Assembly (NCBI GenBank): GCA_963796965.1
Contig: CAWCNS010000011.1
Span: 544,001-608,000 of the forward strand
Source: Calditrichia bacterium
GTDB lineage: Bacteria > Calditrichota > Calditrichia > JAJRVZ01
Direction of reading: 5' to 3'
Length of the DNA: 64,000 nucleotides
In this document: piece after piece, positions 43,230 to 54,397 of the stretch
Layout of the letters: each line of letters opens with the position of its first letter
Position numbering within the stretch: the stretch's first letter is position 1
Program-made: the position numbers and the translations under genes
Notes under the pieces: generated by a model
The model's input: the letters and a program-made list of their open reading frames with translations, nothing else
Database searches by the model: none
Told to the model about the DNA's origin: nothing

Positions 43230-46200
43230 CTCAACCTTGCCACTTTCATCGTTTGTTCGAACGATTTTCCTTTAAAATCAGCCCGTACTAATGCAAAATA
43301 GACCCCATTGGCAACAAATGCACCATCCTGATCACGACCATCCCATTCAATTTCGTGATACCCTGGATCCCAAATCTCATCAGCCCCCTGGGGCCTGGTA
43401 ATTTCTCTTATCTTTCGTCCTGATACCGTGTAAATTGAAATTGTAAATTTATCCAGAATATCATTGGCAACAATTTGAAATGAAAATATAGTCATCTCTT
43501 TAAAAGGGTTGGGATAATTTCCATAGATCTTAATATCAAAACCATTGGCAACCTGGAAATCGAATATTTTTTCAGTGCGATTACCAAATGCATCGGATAC
43601 TTCAACTCTAAGATTATGATTACCAGAAGTTAAATCCGGTTTGGCAACGAGTGAGATGGCATTAGCATTCTGAACAGAATCGGGTACATTTAAATCCTCT
43701 TCTGACAACAATTCATCATCAATATAGACATTAAATCCTGAAGAGATATCTACCCCATTCTCGTCCTGGATAATAAAGGCAACGCTGGGATTTTGCGGAA
43801 CCAGCATATCATTATGCAAAATTCTTCCGTTGATTGTAATTTCTATAACCGGTTCTTTGGAATCCGACACATTAAACAACGCAAATAAACCATTCTCTGA
43901 AATAGAAGCCGTATAACTGTTTCCGGATAGAACCGTATTGACAGCTAACCAGCGATTCAAATTTGGTATATACCGACAAATGAATACATTTTCAAGAAAC
44001 ACCGGCTCATATAGGCTGGTATCTACCTCAAATTCAAGATAAGCATCTTCATTCTGTACTGTTGCCGGATTTCTAAACGACAAAGAAACACCCATTGGTT
44101 CCGTTTGACTGGGGGCCTGAACATAGGTCAGACCGGGTTGTAAGTCAGAATCAAAGAGAGAGCGGTTTGTTTCAGCTGCATATTCCAATACAGTTGAGGC
44201 AGATATACTTTGTGCTGGTAAATGATAACGCGTTGAATTGTTAAGAACGATGGTATCATTGGACACACCATCGGTAGAAGAACCAATATTTTTTGCCAAA
44301 TTAAATAAGTGTTCCGGAGAATAGATCATCGCAAAATTATTGGTTTCATGTCGCTCTTCGATGGCAAAATCTGCATCTACCACAGTATGGAATTTTCTGC
44401 CAACCTTAAATTCAGAGGGATCTATCGGGAAAGTAATCTTTTTAATCTCACGAGAATTTAAATTAACGTTCTGTACCGTAAAGGGTGGATTCTGGCTACT
44501 AAGCGAATCCAGGTATAACCCTATCATAACATTGGACAAAAGCGAATCTGAATTATTCTCTACTGTCAGAGATAAATCAATTTTTTCCGTACCCCCAAAT
44601 CCATAACTTTGAGCCATAATCCTCAGGTCGGGACGTGGATCTCGTATGATTAACAGATGTCGTCGACTGAGGTAGGTTGCATCCGCTGTATCATCGACCT
44701 GGACATCGAAATAGATCGTATCAGCAGAAATGTAGGGACCGATGGACTCTGGGGTACGCCATACATTTTCACTGTCTTCCACTAACTCCCTGGTTAAATA
44801 TTTTCCGGTCGGACCGCGTAAATTTTTGATCCTCACACGCTGTATTTTTACAGGAGAAGTGATATGAGCAGAGAAACTAACCTGATCACCGACAAAGGGA
44901 TTTTCAGGCGAGATAACCAATGAATCAAGCAGCGACTTGTTGATGGCAATCCGGGCAAGCCCCCGGCCGTCTAAATCACCGGCAGAATTTATAGCATGGG
45001 CTTTTATAAAACCCCGTTGATCCTTGAGTTCTTGTGGGATGATAAAGGTTGCTTCTGCCTGGCTATTCGATATAACGAAGTAGGTTTCATCCAGGGGTTC
45101 CTGTTTCTCATTGGTCAGTTCAATCCTGCCACTTCCTGATACAAAAGGGGCGGAGATGGTAACGGATATGGTATCACCCAGAGAAGGAATGGTATTATCG
45201 ACCCTAACCTGAAGGTTTTCATGAGGTACATTGATCTTTACATAGGGATCACCCAGTAAATTGTAATGATTCACCATTGAGTTCTTCAGATTATAATAAC
45301 TTGGGACAGTCGCATCATAAGCCTCTGTAACATAGAGATTATTATTCAGATAGAATAATTTTGTATAGAGGACGGCCTCCCCAACGGTAAGATCCTGCTC
45401 TAGGAGGAAATTAGTTAGCGTCCAGCCAACAGCAAAATCATTATGCAACCAGCCGACTCCAGAAGCCGCAAATGCACCAATTGCACCCTTATCCTCTGCA
45501 ATAACGAGTTCCTCTGCTATACCTTTTATACTGGCACTTTCAAATGCACCGGTGAAACAAGTCATACTTTTTATAAAAGGTAAGCGGCTACCATTATTCA
45601 AACGGTCAATATCATCTGTCTGAAATAATCCCACATCAGCCCATATTCCACCACCGCCATGCCCAAGAAAATTTATTAATGAAACCCCTTCATCAATATA
45701 ATCTGTTAAGGTTGGGGTAGAACCAAAATTAGGATCACCTCCGGGAATTGATGAATCCCGGACTGTATTTAATTTTCTGGTAAAATAGCCATCAGGAGTA
45801 TTCATATTAATCAGACGCTGGTTTTGTGCTCTAAAGGCTGGTGCACCGGTAAATTGCTCATAGGTACTCGCATCATTACCGCTTATAAACAACCCACGGT
45901 TCCGCCATTCACCAATATTTGCCGGATCCTCATAGGCCTTCAGTTTGTTAAAATAGGCCTCAAATTCAGCATTGGTACTAATGGGCCAACGCCCAATAAC
46001 TAAATCGGGGGTACGGTCATCTCCTGAAACCAATGCATATTGGTGGTCACTGGCTGCAGCACCATATTTTTCAGTATCAAATAAAAATGTAGGTACAAAA
46101 TCTGCGTTAGCATTGCGGTAAGTGTAAGAGGCATCACCCATCAGATTGACATAAAGCAGGCCCCAATTGGCATAAGCATGCCTAAGAAAATCACGAATAG

Positions 46201-48191
46201 CGATAGGGGACTTAATGCCATAATTAAATTCATCATAAATATCTTCAACTTTAACCACTGCCACGTTTAAGCCAGAGCCTTCGCGGTAATCCTTCAATGA
46301 AAGAGAACTTTCATAAAACAGGTCGTGGGTAACGATGAGATAGTCAACCCTATTATTGGGATCTAAAAGTGAGGTATTGACTGTTTCAGGCAACCAGGGT
46401 TCATCCGCCACAATATCCAAAGGTTTTTTCTTTTGATCCGGGGTTATAGGCAATATATTCCAAATCCGGATAGAAAATATGGTCCTGGAAAGAGATCCGG
46501 TAGGAAGAAAAATTATCATCATCACTATAATAGTCAAGACGACCGTTGACTATTTTACTGACACCAAGTTTATAGACCTCTATATCCTTATTATTAAATC
46601 CATTCACCTCAAATTGTAAGACAAAATCTTCCGGCACATTTTTCTGCTTTCTAAAGCGGATAAAATTTTCGTGGGCCCGGTATTGACGTTCATAGGAGAT
46701 ATCAAACCAGTTCAGCAGCGCAACATCTAAAACGCCGGTCTGATCCATTTCAATAAAAAGCTCATTGTCGCCATGTGAAAGATCCGACTGAGATAGCCCT
46801 GTGCTTCCCTCATTCGTTATGACATGAGCCTCCTGGTTTACCCATTCACCGGAGTTCGCGACAGGCTTTGTATTAAGCCAGACTTCAACCCGATGGGTTA
46901 AAGGAAGTTTACCTTTTTCTGCAAATGACAGTCCACGCATCATTGTTTTTACAAAAACAGAGCGGGTACTTATTTTTGTATAGGGCCAGGGGAGAAATGC
47001 CTTATAGGGTCTTTTTTCCTGCGCTGTAACCCCACGGTCAAAAAACCAATGGTCAATGGTATGACTCAAATTATCCGTATTTGTCTGGCCAAAGCGGATA
47101 AAGGAGTTATCTTCTTCAAAATGCAGTTTTTCTGTATATGCAAAGGGTACAATATATTGAGACGGATTGGTCACTGTCAGAGCGCCACTTTCTTCAGCCA
47201 TGCGCAGACCACTGCTTGCAGAAGTCCCCAGCCAGTAAACATTAATATCCGTAAACGGATCCTGATAAACATCCGGGTATTGATTTAAAAATGTTTTTTC
47301 ATTTTTTTCTCCCCAGAACTCAAAATAATCCCCGGGATCAAAACGGCCATCCTCGCCGCCTTTAAAATAGATAGGTATCTCTTTGCCTTTATTCACAAGT
47401 CGCAATTTTCTGGTGTCAAATTGTTCAACAGGAACTTTAGCATCAAGGAGATCTGTATGGGTAATTTTATAGAGTCCGGTTTGATTAACCAGAATCTTAT
47501 ATTGATTTTCTTTGTAGGGCCAATAATGATCAGCTGCCTTGACCAGGGGATCGGCCAGGGTGTAGTTAATAAAATCACCGTTTACAAAAAGTTTGTTGAG
47601 GACAGATTTTTCTTTCTGGGAAAAAGTTGAAGTGATATAATTGCCAGTTGTGACGCCACCTGTTCCCGTAAACTCGATCTTTATAGATGTAATCACTTCT
47701 GCCGATTTCCCTGAAGGATCTACCTGTACCGGAAAAACTGTAAGGGAAAAAATCGGTACATCGCGGAATAATCCATGGGACCCAACTTCAACCCTGTTTT
47801 TGTTTCTTATGACTGTATTTTCAGTAACAGGCTGCCCGTCAACCCGATTAACATTAAGGGCATAATGGTCAAAGGTAACTGTTGAAGAGGTGATCTCTAA
47901 AATTTTATATGAAACTGCACTGGCCGGAAGTGAAAGCATCTTATTCAGATAGGGAACACGTGGGTAGCCTTCTTCCTGCAGGAAGGGTAAACCTTTCATT
48001 GAAAGAAATTGTTCAGAATTATTTACCCCGCTTTTAGTGAAGCTTTGCAACTCTGCTTTGGGGAATGAAATGGTAAGGACGACTGATTTTGACGATTGAG
48101 TATTGACCGCAACATGGTCATCAGCCAGCACTTTAAAAGGCAGGATAAAAAATAATGTCACAAAAATTAGGGATAGATAATGTTTCATCAT
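43226..48191 (-). CDS. C25 (gingipain/PorU-like) cysteine peptidase with CARDB-like and FlgD/T9SS C-terminal domains; single indel near 46449
   Basis: GLYKITHTDL, GDYFEFWG, NVYWL, DYLIVT, VEDIYDEFNYG, IGRWP, NFLGHGG (His), SMTCFTGAF (Cys), YNLLGDP; NYPNPF...WDGRDQDG..VANGVYF. Confidence 0.85.
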
Positions 48192-48356
48192 CGGATATTC
48201 AAGACCGCTTAAAATTGTTAACTACCAGTTTAGTTACAATATACATTTCTCATGCAGAGATGGAGAGACGTAAATAAAAATCCATCTTTGAATTAAGAAA
48301 TATATATTTAATCTCACTGTAACAATTAAACCAGCATACCCTCCCTATTTTTGAGC

Positions 48357-48387
48357 TAAAAATAACGGGACAAAGATTGTCCCGTTA
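48357..48387 (-). terminator. intrinsic terminator after the large secreted protein gene
   Basis: 11-bp perfect stem taacgggacaa/ttgtcccgtta with a T-run on the minus strand. Confidence 0.75.
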
Positions 48388-48496
48388 GACATAATCGGAA
48401 TATATTACAAAATGTTTAATATTTCGTTGTATTTCTAATTTCATTGTACGGAAAAGAAGCCTATTGAATTTAGAACCTAAGAAATCCCAGAGAATG

Positions 48497-48538
48497 CTCC
48501 CAATCCCAAATTACCAATTCCTAATTACTATTTTCTAC
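48497..48538. repeat. degenerate heptamer array abutting a stop codon
   Basis: ctcccaa tcccaaa ttaccaa ttcctaa ttactat tttctac. Confidence 0.6.
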
Positions 48539-51497
48539 TTCACCAACAACATCTTGGCCGTCTGTTTAAAATCCCTGGCCGAGATCATATAGATATACAT
48601 CCCACTGGCTACGGATTGTCCATTTTTATCCGTTCCGTCCCAGGTTAAATAATGTTCACCCGCTTCATATGATTCGTTCAACGCCAACTCACGCACCAGG
48701 TTCCCTTGAATCCCGTAAATCTTCAGGGTAATTTCTGCCGTTTCCGGGACACGAAATCCAATCCGGGTGGTTGGGTTAAAGGGATTCGGATAATTGCCAA
48801 GCAAGGTATATTCGGTTGGCATCGGGACATCCACTTCAACTATTTTTTCCTGAATCCTCACACCGGCATAGGAGACTGATTCAAGCATATATTCGTAGGA
48901 TTGACCGGCAGCAACACTTTTATCATAATAGTCATAATCGGCTCTTTCAGCGCTGTTTCCCTGGCCAGGAATCATTGCCGCCGTCAATAATTGCCATTCA
49001 CTTTTATCTTTGGCCATCCGACGATAGACGTTAAAACCCTGGTTCTCGACTTCTGATTCGGTACTCCAGGAGAGTGAGACACCACCCATGGAAGGCTCGG
49101 CTTTGAAAGAGACTGAGGCTAACCGGCAGTGAATTGTCTCCTGCTGATGAACCGAGTGCAAAAGGACCATAACTAGAGAATGTGGCAGAAGAGGTGACCG
49201 TTCCCGGAGTAGTACCCGAGACATTGTCAGCAGTACCGGTATCACTTCAATCCCAGGACTACTTCCTGTCCAATTTGTTACCAATAGAGAACTTGGTGCC
49301 TGAACACCATCTGAAGGACTATCCAATATAGTTTCACCGTTGCACTGTGCTTCCTGTCACTGTCCAGTAATTTAAAATTGATACTACCGCAACATTCGTA
49401 CCGGTTTGAGAACCATAGGCTTGTTGGGGATCAGAATCAAAAAATTCGGTTGTATAGCTGGTGCTGGTTTCTGTTGGTGTGATACCAATCTGACGTACAA
49501 CGCCATTTTTACCAATTGGAAGGACTCTCTCCTCTGTGCCAGTAACTATTTGCAGGGTTACAGGACCATCAATATAACTGGTAGTGCTCCGGAAGTGGAA
49601 TATCAGTTCCAGCTGATGAAATTGTAAATGTACCATTCGATGTTTTCAGCACCCCATCAGTAGAGTACAAAGTTACCAGAAACAGAAGGAGAAGTACCCG
49701 ATGAGACTGTTACACCATCTCACTTTTATTATTTATAGTCAGATCTGTAAATGATAAACCATACATTGTTTCTGCATTATTCCCCGAATATTCAACTCTT
49801 CCGGCCAGATTATATACCAGAAATTTATTCAACGGGAACTAGAATAAGACCCCCCGGTCTCCAATGTACCGGCAACATATAGTGTTGTCCCTGAACCATT
49901 TATCGTAAGTGTCTTTCCATTCAGATTTAATAAGCCACTACTTGATACAGTCAAAGAACATCCGCTGGCAATGGTTACACTACCTTCTAATTTAACACTA
50001 CCCTGAGCTATTGCTTACGGTTAAGGCATCATTAACCGTAATTCCGCTTAACTCCCCAGCGGTTGAGGAGATTGTCAAATTGTCTAATTCAAGGTTTCCA
50101 GAAGCGACAATTTGATTATCAAGTCCTGACACACTTAACGTTCCGCCATCAGTGGTACCAAATTTTCCAGTGCTCGCCGTAACATTACCGGTAACAAATA
50201 ATGTTCCTGAAGTTTTTAATTCACCGGAAGATAAAGTTAAATTAGTTGCGGTTTTAGGGTCGCTACCCCTTATCGTAATATCATTCGTATTAGAAATGAC
50301 TACATTTGGTACATTTGTACCGACGCCGGGCCATTCATCATCAGTTTCCTGAGCAATTGATGCACTATACTTGAGTGTAGCAGCATCACCGCTATAGGTA
50401 GGGGTTCCACCATCTGTAAATGTACCACCATTCATATCTAATGTACCGCTAACGGTTAATGAACCACTGTTAGTGAAGGTATTGTTTCTCAGCGTTGCTG
50501 TACCCGTTACCGTGAGCGTCCCAGCCGCACTAATGGTAAAATTTCCACCATCTATGGTTAAATCAGCAAGTGATCTTGTCTCGCCGAAGGTTGTTATCCC
50601 TCCATTTAATTTCACTTCAGCCGGGCTTCCACTTGAGGGCCATTCCTCGGCATCAACTATAAATGAAATCGTACTCGCATTATAGGTTAGCGTCGATTCC
50701 ATCATTATAGTTCAAAGTACCAGAAATTCCCGAAGCCCGACCTTTCCTCGTGTGCTATGATTGATATTATATGTGCACACCAGAGAAAAAACTATGATGC
50801 CGTCGTATCTTCAGAACCAGTAATTCTAATACCATCATGAATCACATGACCAAAAGTGATAGAGTCATTTGATGTAATAGTTAAAGTTGATGATGTAGTT
50901 CCTAATTGTATAAAGGAACAAAATTAAAGGTTGCGCTGGCACCAGTAAATGTACCGCCAGACTTTCTATTTAATTACTGTCGCATTCCCTATTAGTCAGT
51001 TGAATACTCGAAGTGCCTGAGTTAAAAGTTCCTGCAGATTGTATGATGAAGAATTGATGATTAGTGGAAGAGCCAGCGTTAAAAGTCCCACTTGCACCGT
51101 TAACATCTACGGAAACACCAGAAACGTAATTGCTTCCCATGTTTACAGCCCCCTGTGTAACAGTTAGGGTTCCATTCAAATTCAGATCAAATCCAGATTG
51201 CGTGATGGTTCCAGATGTATTAATAGTGATATTATTGACAGTAACAGAGGCACTGATTGTTAAGTTATTGCTTCCTTGAACCACAAAATTGTCATTTCCA
51301 GAAGTAAATACGGCTGTACTTGCCGAGCGGATTTCCTCCGCTTGCTGCATCAAACCAATTTGTTGTATTAGTAAAATTCAGCGTTACCTTGAGAATACCA
51401 AGTTGTTCAAGCAAAGATCTCTGTCAGTAAAGGAAATGAACAATAATGACAGTACAATAACATTGAATTTTAACAATTTTTGTAGAATCTGCATCAT
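48535..51497 (-). CDS. large Ser/Thr/Gly-rich beta-strand-repeat surface protein with FlgD/T9SS-type C-terminal domain; many frame breaks (errors or pseudogene)
   Basis: Signal-like start MMQILQKLLKFNVIVLSLLFISF at 51497; fragments with LTxxxG repeats (50970..51353, 49998..50705, 49334..49636); C-terminus LSWSTESEVENQGFNVYR...NYPNPFNPTT...WDGTD..G..VASGMY. Confidence 0.7.
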
Positions 51498-51780
51498 CAG
51501 GTCCCCTAATAATATTAGATAAGTCCATATTTATCATACGCTTACAACGTACGATAATACGAACTTAGATAAGCCACTATAATATATTGATTTACAATAC
51601 TCTCCCGAATATCAATTATTACCAATTTTTTGTAAAAAAAACAAGAAAAATATCTATTATTTTTGAGAATTAGTCCATCTTGTCGAACAGGTATAAAACC
51701 AATAAATCATCGCCTTTATGACAACGCATAATTACGATAAATAATTTCTTTCAGGGTTAATATACCGGAAATATAATATT

Positions 51781-51850
51781 CAATTGCCAATCGCCGATGG
51801 CCGATTTTCGATTGCCAATTGATTATTGATCATTGACCATTGATAATTGA
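51781..51850. repeat. ten-unit degenerate heptamer array directly after the cdaA stop
   Basis: caattgc caatcgc cgatggc cgatttt cgattgc caattga ttattga tcattga ccattga taattga. Confidence 0.85.
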
Positions 51851-52660
51851 TCACTGATCAGCGGTCATAAAGCTAAGCCCCCACTTCTTCTTTTCTTTCG
51901 GTACCGGTGCAAAAGCCTCATTCAGGCGGGCATGGAGCATCTCCTCTGTTAAACCACGTATCATCTTCCCTTCTTCAACAATCGAGATCATTCCCGTTTC
52001 CTCCGACACCACCACAATAATCGCATCGGTCTGCTCTGAAATACCTACCGCTGCACGGTGACGCGTCCCTAAGGCCGGATCAATATCAGGACTCTGGGAC
52101 AAAGGCAGAATACATTTGGCGGCCAGGGCAATCTCTCCGCGAATGATCAAGGCCCCATCATGTAAGGGGGAACGGGGATTAAACACCGCATTGATCAATG
52201 GCTTGGAAACCCGCGCCTGTAACTGAACACCTGTTTCGAGAACGCTCTTTATCCCTGTATCGCGGAGCATAACGATGATCGCTCCAAAATTTTTATCACT
52301 CATCTCGATGGTCGCATTGGCCACTTCTTCGATAAACTCCGGTTCGCCTACTTTAACAAATGTTCGAACCAGACGACTCTGGCCCAGATAGATTAATAAT
52401 CGTCGGAGCTCCGGCTGAAAAATAATAACAAAAGCAATGACCCAAACCGTTTTTAAATTGGACATGATCCATGTCAGAGCACTCATATTTAACAACTCAC
52501 CAAAGAGTGATATGATTAATATCACGGCGAGACCAAGCAACATCCGGGATGCTATACTGCCCTTTAGAAATTCATATAATTGATAAAAAAGGAAACTAAC
52601 CAGCATGATATCTAAGACATCAATGATCGTTATGGGCAGAAATCCAATCTTGACCAGCAT
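51851..52660 (-). CDS. cdaA: diadenylate cyclase CdaA/DacA (TIGR00159-type)
   Basis: Three N-terminal TM helices, IIFQPELRR, PLHDGA, GTRHRAA, VSEETG. Confidence 0.95.
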   Translation of the reverse strand: MLVKIGFLPITIIDVLDIMLVSFLFYQLYEFLKGSIASRMLLGLAVILIISLFGELLNMSALTWIMSNLKTVWVIAFVIIFQPELRRLLIYLGQSRLVRTFVKVGEPEFIEEVANATIEMSDKNFGAIIVMLRDTGIKSVLETGVQLQARVSKPLINAVFNPRSPLHDGALIIRGEIALAAKCILPLSQSPDIDPALGTRHRAAVGISEQTDAIIVVVSEETGMISIVEEGKMIRGLTEEMLHARLNEAFAPVPKEKKKWGLSFMTADQ

Positions 52661-52702
52661 ACTATATCCATCTTAATTTTATTAAAAGATTAAAAGAAAC
52701 GG

Positions 52703-52759
52703 TCCACGAATTTCACAAATTTTTATAATTTTAGAAAATAGTATTAATATATTCGTGGA
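52703..52759. repeat. 9-mer-period inverted-repeat element, copy 2
   Basis: tccacgaatttcacaaatt ... attcgtgga. Confidence 0.75.
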
Positions 52760-52937
52760 TAATGACCTTTGCGCCGATGCGAGAAATACATGATTCGGGT
52801 TAATGAATATTTAAACGTAAGTGTCGATTTTTACATAAGTTAATAAATTTTTTAATAAAATGAAGTGATATTTGTCATTTTTATTAATTTGACTCATTCA
52901 TACCGCAGTACAAGGTCACAATCAAAAACAGAAATTT

Positions 52938-53174
52938 TCCACGGATTTCACAAATTTTCACAAATTACATTATATATTTAAAAGCATAAAAAATATATAC
53001 GTCCACTCCAAAAGGGGAAAAACCCGAAACTGTCATCCTGAACTTGTTTCAGGATCTATTGATTTCTTTAGAGTTATAAATGCCGAAATAAATTCGATAT
53101 GACTTTAAAAACCTGTTTAGAGTATGCTCCTATATTTTTTTTAGAAAATCGAGATAATTAGTGTAATTCGTGGA
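52938..53174. repeat. 9-mer-period inverted-repeat element, copy 3, containing nested palindromic elements
   Basis: tccacggatttcacaaattttcacaaatt ... aattagtgtaattcgtgga; inner GTCATCCTGAACTTGTTTCAGGATCT...ATGCCGAAATAAATTCGATATGAC at 53032-53103. Confidence 0.8.
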
Positions 53175-53254
53175 TAAAAATCTTTAAAAATATGAGTAAA
53201 GAATCAACGTCTTCGTCCATAATGGCGACTTTTTATTAAGTTTCCCAATCCAAT

Positions 53255-54397
53255 CTAATTCCCCATCCCCTTTAATACATTAATAAAATCCCGCGTCTCA
53301 GACACATCATGCACCCTAAACACATTTACCCCCTTTTTGATCAAGGGCCCCAAACTGGCCAGACTTCCGGCCAATCGCTCCTCCACTTTTTTACCGGTCA
53401 ATATTCCGATAAAGGATTTGCGCGAAGTGCCATAAAGCAAGGGGTAGCCATGCCGCCTGAATAGCGTAGCCCCCCGGATTAGGTTCAAATTATCCTCTAA
53501 CCTTTTACCAAATCCAATTCCCGGATCGAGAATTATTTTATCGACACCTTCATTTTTTAAGTTCATTATGCGCTCTGAAAAAAAGTCATCAACCTCAAGA
53601 CATACATTTTGGTAGAAGGGTTTGTCTTGCATATTCCGTGGGGTTCCCTGCATATGCATGATCACCACCGGACATTGATATCTTTTCACCACAGAGATCA
53701 TCGCCTGATCAGCCCGAAGACCGGAAATATCGTTTATCCAGTTAGCGCCTGACATTAAAGCCTTTTCCGCCACTTTTGCCTTTATTGTATCCACAGATAG
53801 ACATATGTCAGATTTCGCCCGGATTCCTTCTACCACCGGTATTATCCGGGCTAATTCTTTCTCCTCTGACACTTCAACGGCTCCCGGTCGTGATGATTCA
53901 CCGCCAACATCGATAATCATTGCTCCTTCCTCTTCCAGACTCAAGGCATGATCCACAGCCTTATGAACATCAAAATAATGGCCACCATCAGAAAAAGAGT
54001 CCGGGGTTACATTTACAATCCCCATAAGAGCAGGTGTTTGCATATTAACGCCATAAACATCGGAGGTTAAAAAATCCGGATAGATATAGCTTCTTATTTG
54101 ATCCAATAATTGAGCAGTCTGGGCAGAAAACAATTTTTCGATATATGATGGAAGATATAAATTTGATTTTTGTTTTAATGGGAAGCTGATATGAATGTAG
54201 GGATCGTCCTCATCTAAAATGGTTATGAAGCCGGGGAAGTCAGAATTCGAACGGTTTAGTTCTTTTATTATTTGGGGGGAAGGATTTTCAACAAGGAAAT
54301 GAGCCATGAGACCATTTTCTGGTTCGGGCAATCCAAAGGGTTCATAGGAAAAGGCAATCGTTTTTGCCGAGTCAATTTTTATCAGCCGCAGGTTCAT
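53255..54397 (-). CDS. folP: dihydropteroate synthase with ~120-aa N-terminal extension
   Basis: MGIVNVTPDSFSDGG, DVGGESSRPG, DPGIGFGK, GTSRKSFI, RVHDV. Confidence 0.96.
   Translation of the reverse strand: MNLRLIKIDSAKTIAFSYEPFGLPEPENGLMAHFLVENPSPQIIKELNRSNSDFPGFITILDEDDPYIHISFPLKQKSNLYLPSYIEKLFSAQTAQLLDQIRSYIYPDFLTSDVYGVNMQTPALMGIVNVTPDSFSDGGHYFDVHKAVDHALSLEEEGAMIIDVGGESSRPGAVEVSEEKELARIIPVVEGIRAKSDICLSVDTIKAKVAEKALMSGANWINDISGLRADQAMISVVKRYQCPVVIMHMQGTPRNMQDKPFYQNVCLEVDDFFSERIMNLKNEGVDKIILDPGIGFGKRLEDNLNLIRGATLFRRHGYPLLYGTSRKSFIGILTGKKVEERLAGSLASLGPLIKKGVNVFRVHDVSETRDFINVLKGMGN

Noticed and set aside
52660..53255. Possible CRISPR array or IS element in the repeat-rich folP-cdaA gap
   Set aside because: No regularly spaced 25-40-nt direct repeats with unique spacers, no cas gene and no transposase ORF.
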